Shown here piece after piece: positions 28,526 through 37,429 of a stretch of DNA of 59,364 bases (the stretch's first letter is position 1; each line of letters starts with the position of its first letter). The notes beneath the pieces were generated by a model, which was not told the DNA's origin, searched no databases, and worked only from the letters and a program-made list of their open reading frames with translations. Source of the DNA: Thermoanaerobaculia bacterium (GTDB lineage Bacteria > Acidobacteriota > Thermoanaerobaculia > Gp7-AA8); contig DASYLL010000251.1 of the NCBI GenBank assembly GCA_036009605.1, positions 1 to 59,364 on the forward strand. The letters run 5' to 3'. Made by a program: the position numbers and the translations under genes.

Positions 28526-29131
28526 TTACCTCTTGCGGTGCAGATTTCTGATAATGACGAACCACCCCGTGGCCTCCATTGTGTCGAATCGGAGATCCAT
28601 TGTGTTGGAGCGCCCGCCCTTATCCTCTCGCCAGATGCGTCCCGGCACAGCGTCCTTGTCCTTCCTCCAGGTCAAGCGATAGAGCGTGCCTGCCTTCATC
28701 GCCGCGAGCGCCCGCAGTTCATCGAACGTCAGCTCGTCCTTCGCCGGTCGCCATCTTCCGCGCTCGATACGCCCGGCGATTACGATCGCCTCGAGCTCAT
28801 CTTTCAGAAAATAGGGGCGCGGTTCCGGTCCGAATCTAGTCGGGTACGTCGGCGGGTCGAAGTACGGCCTTCCTCGTTCCGAGCCTTCGGTCTCGCGGAG
28901 GATGCCGCGCCGGCGTCGTTTTCGAAGTCGCTTCGAACCGGGCAACTCATCAGCAAGCCGATCGCTTTCCACGAGCCACTCCCGGAGCCGTGGCAACCCG
29001 TCCGTGATGCGATAGGCTTCCATCCGAAGATCCGCGCCGGCTCGTCGGTTCTTGCGATCAAGGTCGGCCAGTGCCTCCATTGCCTTCTCCTCGGCTCGTG
29101 AAAAACGCGCTTCTCCTTTGCCGCCGCTCAC
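28526..29131 (-). CDS. hypothetical protein (201 aa, basic)
   Basis: ORF overlapped by 4 nt with the upstream small ORF. No motif recognised. Confidence 0.45.
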   Translation of the reverse strand: MSGGKGEARFSRAEEKAMEALADLDRKNRRAGADLRMEAYRITDGLPRLREWLVESDRLADELPGSKRLRKRRRRGILRETEGSERGRPYFDPPTYPTRFGPEPRPYFLKDELEAIVIAGRIERGRWRPAKDELTFDELRALAAMKAGTLYRLTWRKDKDAVPGRIWREDKGGRSNTMDLRFDTMEATGWFVIIRNLHRKR

Positions 29132-29349
29132 AGGGCACTTCCGTCGCTCGCCAAGCCGCAGCGGAGTTTGAAGGTTTGTGGTTTGTCCGGGTAAATCGAG
29201 ATATCGACATAGACGACCTCGCCGCCCGGCTCGGTGCCGAACGAGTCAATCGCGGATAGGCCCGCCGAAGCGAGCTCTTGCATGGAAATGTTATTTGTGT
29301 TAGGTTTCTTCCGATCGACGGCTTCGCCGTCTGTGCGTGAACGCTTCAT
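29128..29349 (-). CDS. small hypothetical protein
   Basis: ATG 29349 (MKRSRTDGE..) with an AAAGGA upstream. Coupled to 28526..29131. Confidence 0.4.
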   Translation of the reverse strand: MKRSRTDGEAVDRKKPNTNNISMQELASAGLSAIDSFGTEPGGEVVYVDISIYPDKPQTFKLRCGLASDGSAL

Positions 29350-29687
29350 GACAATGTTCCTTTCACGCGCGGACGCCCGGAGCCCTTCGGGTGGGGGTTC
29401 AGCCACTGACATGGCTGGCCCCAATATGGGCACCTAAGCGGTGCCCTTTCCTTTTCCGCTCCTGCCATGGTCAGGAAACGAGAACGGTGGCTACCGCGCG
29501 GGTATCGGAACGGCCCCTTTTCGCAGGCACCCGATGTGGACCCCAAGCACTGCCGAAACGGAGCGGAACTCGCCCGAAATGGCTACTCACGGCTTACTTT
29601 CGAGATGGTTGAATCATGCTTGGAATACTCACGCTGTGAGGCGGCGAATCACTTAGCCTAAAATCTGACGGCATACCTGCCTCACGC

Positions 29688-31853
29688 TTGGCGATGGACT
29701 CCAAAGAACTCGCAGCAGCGCTGAGACTTCAGCTGAAGCTCGATCCGCCGGTCACGGGAGGAGTGCCTAAGCTTCTCTTGGATCTGTTCATCCGATTTAC
29801 CGCCGCATGGCTCGCCCAGGAAGATCCACCGCTCAAGGAGCTTCCGCTCCGATCGCACAAAAGCCTTCGTGCCGCCATCGCAGAACACGAGAGTAAGGGC
29901 CGGCTACGCCCGAATCGGCGTTCGAAGAAAAGCAATCCAACCGACAATCAAGGCAGCGAAACAGCGAGGCAAGAGATCGCACGACAACGCGCTGAGCAGA
30001 TCAGCGAGACGCTCACCGCGGCTTTGACAAGCCTCTCTCAGCGTTTGCGCAGGCATCCGTCCGCTCAGCCGAAAGGCGATGACACCGTGTTTCTTGCCTT
30101 CGAAGTCGCCCTCGGGCAGGAGCGCTTCACCGTTGAACTAACCGGGCTACTTCCGAAAAACAGAGCGGGTCTTGGATTCCCCGAGGACGAAAGAGTGGGA
30201 TTTCTCGGTCGGCTGGTGAAGCTACACGCACCGCCAACCTCAAGTCGGTCTCGTGACGGGAGCGCTCGCTCCGAAGACGCGTCGCCGCAGCGAGATCCCA
30301 CCACGAAGAATGTCGAGCCTGTCTCGACCGTTCCGCTCGTTCGGAAGAAATTCACGCGATCCGCAATCTTGCGAGGCATGGTTTGGATCGCCGTCGTTGT
30401 CGCGGGCTGGCTGGTCGCTCGGCCGGACATCTCTACCGCCCCGCCCCTCAGCCTACCTCCAATTACCACCCACCTTCAGAGCTTCTCCGACGTGCGGTTT
30501 TCCTATGCCACTGAGCAATCAACCGCGATCAGCCCTGTTTGCGGATGTCAGAACGAGCTCGATGCGCGCTTGTGGCGCGGCATCTCTTACTTCGGCCGCC
30601 GGGCGGTGATCGAGCGTCTGTCAGGAAGCGCAGCGACCAAGTTCCTCATCACTGCCGCGTCCCCGGTACGCATTCGCTCAACTCCGTATGCCTACAACAT
30701 CGAAGGGGTGGTTTACCACTTGACAGTACCGTTCGGCGAGGCCTTCGACTCCTCAACATTGCTCAACGACGCAGTACCGAAATCTTACCGGGTTCAAGCA
30801 CGCGAGACATTTCAAGGTCCACAGATCATTTTGACTGCCGTGGGTCCGGTCCGAATCGACGCATATGGCCCGGTACCATTTGGCGCTTGGTTACCAGTCG
30901 AGGGCTCTGAGGTCTCCGCGTCGACCAGTCGCGGAATGGCGTTGACAAGCCGAACCAATGTCGTAATTACCGAACGCTACAAGCGATGGCACGCCGGCAG
31001 CGGCCACTATCCGATCGCTGATTTCGTCGGCGCTGACACCGTGATCTGGACTGAGCCGACACGCCACGTAGCTAGTTCGCCCCAACGCCGAGATATCGTG
31101 GCAGTTCGCGTCACGAATCCAGGCTTCGCAACGCGCCTCGCGATTACGCCTCACGCTGCCACCGACGATGACGGCAACGTAACGTTGCATCCACCGCCGA
31201 CGGGGGGCGTTGCCGCCGTAGATCGCGATGGACTCCTTCGGTTCACAATCGAGGATGTCGACGAGAACCTTAGCGAATTCGGCGAAGTAATTGATCGACT
31301 CAAACAGAACGATCTCGTCTGGATCCCCCGAATCCGTCAGCTAGCGGGTTCACTCTTTTATCAAGACAAGAGCGGTATGTTTCATTTGGCAGATCCTGAT
31401 CCGCCATTCCCACCGCGCCGCATGAGACTTGAGGAAGATGTGGACGCCACAGTCAAATTCCGCTATCCGCCTGTGCCACCCCGGAATGGCATCAACATAT
31501 TTGGTCAGTTACGATCACTGGTGTTTAGTAATGCCATCGGTTCGATTGCGCGCGGTACGCGCGAATACTCATTTGTGGTGCCGGCATCATTCTCTTTTCA
31601 CGACATCGCACAGTTTGCGGCCGCGGGTGGCGTGATCACGCTGCCGTTGGTCTCGGATGGCTCCTCGACCACGATTCGACTGGACGGCAGCGCGACCGTG
31701 GAGGTAAACGGGCAGCCACTTTTCGTGGAACGGCACCGATGGGCATCGCTACGTCAGATCGCTACAGGTGTTGCGCTGTGTGCATTTGCGACGTTACTTG
31801 TCTCAGGAGAAGTAATGCTTGGCGCTCTACGTCGACGCCGCAAGGATCGATAG
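29688..31853 (+). CDS. ORFan 721-aa protein with a central TM helix and a C-terminal TM helix
   Basis: Charged N-terminal ~235 aa, TM AILRGMVWIAVVVAGWLVA, ~440-aa middle domain, then terminal TM IATGVALCAFATLLVSGEVMLGAL followed by RRRRKDR. Confidence 0.6.
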   Translation: MAMDSKELAAALRLQLKLDPPVTGGVPKLLLDLFIRFTAAWLAQEDPPLKELPLRSHKSLRAAIAEHESKGRLRPNRRSKKSNPTDNQGSETARQEIARQRAEQISETLTAALTSLSQRLRRHPSAQPKGDDTVFLAFEVALGQERFTVELTGLLPKNRAGLGFPEDERVGFLGRLVKLHAPPTSSRSRDGSARSEDASPQRDPTTKNVEPVSTVPLVRKKFTRSAILRGMVWIAVVVAGWLVARPDISTAPPLSLPPITTHLQSFSDVRFSYATEQSTAISPVCGCQNELDARLWRGISYFGRRAVIERLSGSAATKFLITAASPVRIRSTPYAYNIEGVVYHLTVPFGEAFDSSTLLNDAVPKSYRVQARETFQGPQIILTAVGPVRIDAYGPVPFGAWLPVEGSEVSASTSRGMALTSRTNVVITERYKRWHAGSGHYPIADFVGADTVIWTEPTRHVASSPQRRDIVAVRVTNPGFATRLAITPHAATDDDGNVTLHPPPTGGVAAVDRDGLLRFTIEDVDENLSEFGEVIDRLKQNDLVWIPRIRQLAGSLFYQDKSGMFHLADPDPPFPPRRMRLEEDVDATVKFRYPPVPPRNGINIFGQLRSLVFSNAIGSIARGTREYSFVVPASFSFHDIAQFAAAGGVITLPLVSDGSSTTIRLDGSATVEVNGQPLFVERHRWASLRQIATGVALCAFATLLVSGEVMLGALRRRRKDR

Positions 31854-31946
31854 GTGGGCGAGTATCCGCGCCTATGCGAAAGCTGTTGTTCACGACGCGT
31901 ACATCTCGCCACAAAGAGATCCAGGGGCGCGCGACGCATGTTACAG

Positions 31947-33260
31947 CTAGTCGTGCTCGCCCTTCATGAACTGAAAGACCAGCTCGAAAGTGCCGACGTT
32001 GTTTTGGGTCGCTTTGCCGCGCACCTTGCCGCCGTACACAGCGCGAAGCCCGGAATACATCTCGATCTTTTTGAGCCAGATATTGCAGATGTTGTAGCTC
32101 AAGGCCCCGTAGATGGCCTCCTCGCAGGAATACCAATCCCTCGCTGATAGCTGCGGGTCGTTCGGACCGGAAGAAGAGCTCTCCGGGTTGTGGTCGCCGC
32201 CGCTCAGATGGCCAAGCTCATGCAGGGCCTCGACGATGTCACCATCATCCCAGGAAGCGAAAATCTTGCCCGCAATCGCGACCTCGATCCGTGGAATCAG
32301 AGGGGCCGGGGAAGTGATGAGCGCGAGTGGGCTGTATGAGTTCTGGAAGAGGACCAGGGTACCAGCCGCCTTACTTAGCGCGCGGGCCTTGTTGATCGGG
32401 CCTTCCGCATCTACCGCCCAGTCGAAGATGTCGGCTTGGGCAAGTCCTGCGGGCCTCTCGAAGAAAAAGATCTCGCGGATGGCCATTCGGCCGTTGAAAC
32501 CGCTTGAGCGATAGGCGGTGTTCTGCCTGTCCATCAGGTGGATGACGCGCTTCGTGACCTTGTCAGCACCGCCTACTGCGTCGCGGTACTCAGTGCTGAT
32601 CGCGATGTTGATCCAAACTGTTGGGGGCAACGAGCCAGAACGGACAGCCCTTCGCTTTCCGTTAGGTTTCACGGCTGTAGCGACGAGGTCCTGCATCGGA
32701 GTTACGAGGTTGGGGTAATACACCACTTCAGGAGCCTCGACATACAGGCTCGAGGTTACGAGGTGCTCATCCACTTCGGTGGAGACGAAATAGCACTTCC
32801 GACCGGCTTGGATGTGCCCAAGTACGTCGCCGTCGTAGAACTTGGTGAAGACCGAAAAAATGTCTTCGCCTTCTACTCGGTAGGTGAACACCTCAGAAGT
32901 GTCCCGACGCTCCGACGCGACCAACTGCGCAGGGAAATCATGTCCCTCGGCGCTCAGAATGACGACGGAGAATCCGAGAATCTCTGAGTCGAGTTTGACG
33001 CGCTCCATGCTGAGGATCCGCTCGGAGACTGGGGTTCCTTTGCCCATGGCTTGCGGCAAAGGGGTAAAGAGACGTCGCGGGGCTGACCCGGCATGCAAAG
33101 AGTCTCGAAAAGTCCTGCCCGGCTGCGCCGTCGTGGAGGTTGCAAACACGAGAAGGAGAGCGAGGCCAAGCGGGCCACTGGACACCTTCAGTACGCGCGT
33201 TAGAGTGAAAGTACTTACCAGTTCACGAATATGGGTAAAAGCGTCAAGATCGCATCTCAT
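31947..33260 (-). CDS. secreted metzincin-type zinc metalloprotease (reprolysin-like)
   Basis: HELGHLSGGDH equals HExxHxxGxxH. Signal-like SSGPLGLALLLVFATSTTAQP. The start is uncertain (ATG 33260 or GTG 33185); the ORF extension to 33452 overlaps the recombinase gene. Confidence 0.7.
   Translation of the reverse strand: MRCDLDAFTHIRELVSTFTLTRVLKVSSGPLGLALLLVFATSTTAQPGRTFRDSLHAGSAPRRLFTPLPQAMGKGTPVSERILSMERVKLDSEILGFSVVILSAEGHDFPAQLVASERRDTSEVFTYRVEGEDIFSVFTKFYDGDVLGHIQAGRKCYFVSTEVDEHLVTSSLYVEAPEVVYYPNLVTPMQDLVATAVKPNGKRRAVRSGSLPPTVWINIAISTEYRDAVGGADKVTKRVIHLMDRQNTAYRSSGFNGRMAIREIFFFERPAGLAQADIFDWAVDAEGPINKARALSKAAGTLVLFQNSYSPLALITSPAPLIPRIEVAIAGKIFASWDDGDIVEALHELGHLSGGDHNPESSSSGPNDPQLSARDWYSCEEAIYGALSYNICNIWLKKIEMYSGLRAVYGGKVRGKATQNNVGTFELVFQFMKGEHD
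33230..33247. repeat. left copy of an 18-bp perfect inverted repeat
   Basis: tatgggtaaaagcgtcaa is the exact reverse complement of 33878-33895. It overlaps the recombinase ORF's first ATG. Confidence 0.9.
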
Positions 33261-33881
33261 AAACGGAAAAGACACGCAATGCATGTCGTCGTGGATCAAG
33301 CCGCGCATCAACTCGCCTACCTCACGAAAGTGGAAGTGGAACGTCTTTTCACCGCCATCCCACGTTTGGACGGACGCGACAGGCTTCTTTTTGACGTCAT
33401 CTACCGTTACGGTCTGCGTCGGCAGGAAGCGGCGCTTCTCCGCCGCGAGCACGTCGCAGAACGGATATGGATCACACGCCTAAAAGGCGGTGTTTCAGGT
33501 GAATATCCGATCCACCCGACCACTCGGCGACTCCTCTGGGACTATTTCGAGCAGCAGGAAGGCAGGCCGGGGCCGTATCTTTTTGCGACTCGGCAGAGCG
33601 GCTTGCGGCCGATGTCCCCCTCGACGATCTATCAGATCTTCCGTCGCTACGCGGACGCCGCTGATCTGCCGGCCGACCGGAGGCATCCGCATGTCCTGCG
33701 GCACTCCATAGCCGTGCACCTCATGAACGCGGGATGGGACGCTGCCGACGTCCAGGACTGGCTGGGACACCGTGACATCGCCTCGACGATGGTCTACGCC
33801 GCGGTCACGAACAAACGCCGGGAGGCAAAGTATGAAGAGGCACTTCTCTCCGATGAGATTGCTGCAAATAACGCGAGTTGA
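33231..33881 (+). CDS. small tyrosine recombinase (XerC/D-like, catalytic domain only)
   Basis: YGLRRQEAALLRREHV..HPHVLRHSIAVHLMNAG..WLGHRDIASTMVYAAV (R..HxxR..H..Y). The start may be ATG 33279. Confidence 0.85.
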   Translation: MGKSVKIASHKRKRHAMHVVVDQAAHQLAYLTKVEVERLFTAIPRLDGRDRLLFDVIYRYGLRRQEAALLRREHVAERIWITRLKGGVSGEYPIHPTTRRLLWDYFEQQEGRPGPYLFATRQSGLRPMSPSTIYQIFRRYADAADLPADRRHPHVLRHSIAVHLMNAGWDAADVQDWLGHRDIASTMVYAAVTNKRREAKYEEALLSDEIAANNAS

Positions 33882-33895
33882 CGCTTTTACCCATA
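33878..33895. repeat. right copy of the 18-bp perfect inverted repeat (inside the local hairpin 33873-33908)
   Basis: ttgacgcttttacccata overlaps the recombinase stop codon. It is embedded in gcgagttgacg-(14 nt)-cgtcaactcgc. Confidence 0.9.
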
Positions 33896-34662
33896 AACGT
33901 CAACTCGCATTTTGCTCTGTCCAAGTGAACGAAGCTAACCGACTTCCAGTTACCTCGGCGGTGGTCGAAAACCTCCTTCTCGCGGGTTGGAGTACCAAGG
34001 TAGCCGGAGCCGTGACGCAGGCGAGCGGTCGCGAGGAAGGTTCTCCGATCGGCGCCGAATCAAGCATCCGCGGCTACAGATAACGATTTGCACTGCCGCA
34101 GAATCTAGTTGCGACCGCGTTCGTCTAGACGCAGCGATTTCGCGGAGCAGAGCGCACTCGTTGATCTTGCCGAACTGGGGAGTGAGGTAGTCCGTTTTAG
34201 GCGAGATACAACCTTGCGACCTCGTGCGATGAAGAAGCTTGTTTCAACCGGATCAAGACATCTGGCAACGTCCGTAGCTTCAGAAGTGTTTCGATTTTGA
34301 ACACTGATCAGTTTTCGCCTGAATTCGATAGGTCTTGACGGCGTTCTCATCAGTGCTAAACTGAAGTGTAGAAGGAGGTTAGCGCCCTCCTTGAAAATTT
34401 GATGAGTTCGCACGCGTTTTGCGTCGGAAAAATCTGCTAGCGACCTACGCTCGATCTGTGTACAGTGCCTGACTTAATTCGAAATGGCGACATTGATCAA
34501 CAGTGGACTGCAAGCGAGGTCCGCTTTGTTGTTAACTCACGTCCAAGTGCGGCTGAAAAGGCGCGCAAAATGCAATTACTGTCTGAATGGAGCTTGTATG
34601 AAAGACCTTGGCTTTGTAGGCATGCGTCTCGGCAATCAGTTGTCTGACGGAGGCAGAGCTAA

Positions 34663-34863
34663 GTGAGCGACGAAGGTCGCCGTGGTCCCGGAGCGCTGGA
34701 CCCCCCGATTCTATCGTCCTGGGGTTCGATTTTTCCACCGATTCCCTCGCGACGAGTCGACTATTCCTCAACGCCGCCACCGCGCAGAGACGAAGTTCAA
34801 CTTGCTTCGTTACTCGACGACGAGGCAGCTGCTGATCTCGACGATCTAATACCTCTTCCGTAG
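34663..34863 (+). CDS. possible small protein with an acidic C-terminal tail
   Basis: GGAGG 9 nt before GTG 34663. Ends 24 nt before a strong terminator. C-terminus ..LLDDEAAADLDDLIPLP. The composition is otherwise unconvincing. Confidence 0.3.
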   Translation: MSDEGRRGPGALDPPILSSWGSIFPPIPSRRVDYSSTPPPRRDEVQLASLLDDEAAADLDDLIPLP

Positions 34864-34886
34864 AAACATTAGGCTATTTGACTCCT

Positions 34887-34924
34887 TGACCCGACCTTCC
34901 GTAGTTGAAGGCCGGGTCATTTTT
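34887..34924 (+). terminator. strong rho-independent terminator
   Basis: tgacccgaccttc-cgtagtt-gaaggccgggtca (13-bp stem, 1 mismatch) followed by ttttt. Confidence 0.75.
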
Positions 34925-34942
34925 GTATATTTAGAACCTTTA

Positions 34943-37423
34943 ATGTTGCCACCAATGAGATTTCTCAATGAAGGCGTTGCATATGCGCACCTCGCCCTTC
35001 AATCTGACAATGCTGCGGCCGAGGCCGCAGCACTTTCCATAGCTTTAGAAAAGCTGAATATCCCGAAGGAGAAGTACAGAATCACATTCTTAACCGGCCA
35101 AGCCGATCTGCTGCTGGAGGTCCGTCTCGGAGACCTTCGGGTCGCGTTCGAGCTCGAGTACGCCACATCGGCTACTGCGGTCAACTGGCTATTCGCCGTG
35201 CCCGTGGCGACGGCACCTATTGTTGGTGTGAACGGGGGCGAGTTCGCGCTCACCTACGTTATCCACCTGCGAGTACATCGAGACATATACCGCTCGGTCG
35301 GGGGCCTCGCGGATCAAGAGATTCTCAAGGCCATCCTTGCGGCGCCACAGGGGCGCATTGACTGCGAGGTGCTGGCAGGGTTCGGGTGGTCGGATCTACT
35401 TCTTCGAGGCCGGTTTGCATCGATAGAAGATTTCGCAAGCTTCGTTTCGTACCTCAGAAACCTGCGACTTCCCAGTGCAGGTGACCGCTACGTCTTTCGT
35501 CGCATGCTGACTTTGATCGGGTATGACTCCAGCTTCGATCTAGCTGCGAGCTCCGACATGGTCTTGCATCCTGTCATCTTTGCGCGCTGTCTGCCCACGC
35601 ACCTTCAACAAGCGGCCGATTTTCTGAAATACAATGATGGGCAATGGCGCACTTTGTTTGTCGACGGAAAATGGGACGTGCTCTCGTTGCTAGAGGCACC
35701 GAAGGGCGTATCGGCACCTGTCTTCATTCGCGAGCATTTCGAGAAGGCCATCAGTGGTGGCAACATGCGGCTCGCCGGTGTTGAGCGCCTGGAAACTCAC
35801 TTAATCACGTTCTCGAACGCCTCGGAGCCGCCAACAGACAAGGATGAACCACGTTCGTGTTCGTGCGCTTCTGCCGTGCGTTCTGGTCGGGAGCTGTTGG
35901 GCGATCCGGAAGATCCGAGAAGTTCCGCACGAGCGCTGCCCCAGGCGCTAGTCGTCGCGGTTCGAAACGTGTTGAATCTCCTCAAAACCACCTCACGCGA
36001 AACCACAAACTGTTGCGATATCGTCCCGAGTCTGGTTCGCTGCGAAATCGGTCTCGATCGCCTACTCGCTCATCATCGGGAGCTTCGACGCAGATTGGCT
36101 GCTGCGTGCGAATCCGACCTAGTTTCGCTCCCAGAACGAGCACGTTTGAACGAGAGGGTAGTCAAGGCAAGGAGCGACATCGAGGAATGGTGCACCTACG
36201 CGGAACGGATCGTCAGCCAACGCACCGCGGGCCGATTCGACGAGTTTCTTACGCAAAACGAGCGCGTGGTTTCCTATCGCGGCGGCGTCCAGCAGCTGCT
36301 TTACCTCACCGATGCTCTGTTAAACGGCTTCGCGCAGCGCGTGCTTCCAAGCAATGAAACCGCGTTTATGTCGTTGTTCGATCCCGTCGATATCGTCTTG
36401 GGGCACCACATCGTTGGGTTCGTTCGGGTCCCGGTTAGATACCTGTTTACGTTGCCCTTGGCGATCGCGCACCTCTGGCACGAAGTCGGCGTACACCGTT
36501 TCTACACACAATACCGCCACCCTTTTGATGAACGAACGCGAAGCCGCCTCTCGGATTTCCGTGATGCCACTGGCGAGCGCGAAGACGTTTTGGCAGAGGC
36601 AGTTCTTTACGATCTGGCGGATACCTATGGCGATGCAGTGACCTTCGCGAAGGGCTTCGGCGGCAACTATGGCGCATTTGCAATCTCTTTAAGCAGTACG
36701 CTTTTCGAGACTGACGCGTTTAGGGCCGCGCCACCGAGTGTACAGGACGAGTATCTGGTAGCCCTGCTGTCACGACTGTACATGGTTGCCGAGTTTCAGC
36801 AGCGATATTTATTTGTGCGTCGCAAAATGCAAAAAAGCGCACTTTCCATCGACCGGGCAGAGATTGACAACTGGATTCCCGATCCAAAACGGTTTGTTTG
36901 GCCACGGCTTCAGCGAATCGTGGAACTTCTGCGCGGCCGGTTGCTCGATCAGGCTCGCTACAGAGCGCGGGAGATTCAACTTCGAGATTCGATCGTTGAC
37001 ACTGCCTGGCGCGAAATCGGATCGCCAGCGAGGGTACTGCAGCGACAATATCTGAAAGACCTAGCGTGGCAGGAAGATGCGGCGTATGCGGCGCCGCCAT
37101 CGGCGTGCGCTCAAGAGTTGTTCGAACACATTAACGCGGGAACGGTTGTCGTTATCCCCGAAGACGTGGACATCAACGATCTCTTTCTGCTACTTCAGCA
37201 AAAAATGGTTACTGAACTCGCCAACACACCCGACAATGCGACCTCTCCGGTGGACTCGGCCGGCTTTTTCTTGCCGGTCGCCGCATTAGTACGCAGTAGT
37301 GTTCTTGCCTACTATCAACGCGAGATGACGCCCCGACCGAGAGGTGAAGGTATTGCTAACGTGTGGCGAGGCCGCCTCGCGGCGAGGCCAAAACAAAGCC
37401 AAGACATATTCGGCAGGAAATGA
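34943..37423 (+). CDS. ORFan ~826-aa protein (N-terminal Lrp/AsnC-ligand-domain-like repeats are a tentative reading)
   Basis: Long uninterrupted ORF. The TTG 34886 start lies inside the terminator, so ATG 34943 or 34955 is preferred. No catalytic or NTPase motif recognised. Confidence 0.65.
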   Translation: MLPPMRFLNEGVAYAHLALQSDNAAAEAAALSIALEKLNIPKEKYRITFLTGQADLLLEVRLGDLRVAFELEYATSATAVNWLFAVPVATAPIVGVNGGEFALTYVIHLRVHRDIYRSVGGLADQEILKAILAAPQGRIDCEVLAGFGWSDLLLRGRFASIEDFASFVSYLRNLRLPSAGDRYVFRRMLTLIGYDSSFDLAASSDMVLHPVIFARCLPTHLQQAADFLKYNDGQWRTLFVDGKWDVLSLLEAPKGVSAPVFIREHFEKAISGGNMRLAGVERLETHLITFSNASEPPTDKDEPRSCSCASAVRSGRELLGDPEDPRSSARALPQALVVAVRNVLNLLKTTSRETTNCCDIVPSLVRCEIGLDRLLAHHRELRRRLAAACESDLVSLPERARLNERVVKARSDIEEWCTYAERIVSQRTAGRFDEFLTQNERVVSYRGGVQQLLYLTDALLNGFAQRVLPSNETAFMSLFDPVDIVLGHHIVGFVRVPVRYLFTLPLAIAHLWHEVGVHRFYTQYRHPFDERTRSRLSDFRDATGEREDVLAEAVLYDLADTYGDAVTFAKGFGGNYGAFAISLSSTLFETDAFRAAPPSVQDEYLVALLSRLYMVAEFQQRYLFVRRKMQKSALSIDRAEIDNWIPDPKRFVWPRLQRIVELLRGRLLDQARYRAREIQLRDSIVDTAWREIGSPARVLQRQYLKDLAWQEDAAYAAPPSACAQELFEHINAGTVVVIPEDVDINDLFLLLQQKMVTELANTPDNATSPVDSAGFFLPVAALVRSSVLAYYQREMTPRPRGEGIANVWRGRLAARPKQSQDIFGRK

Positions 37424-37429
37424 GAGACG

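Noticed and set aside
36440-36500. HEVGVH string in the 826-aa ORFan as a metallopeptidase active site
   Set aside because: A single HExxxH-like string without a third ligand or family context is expected by chance in an 826-aa protein.
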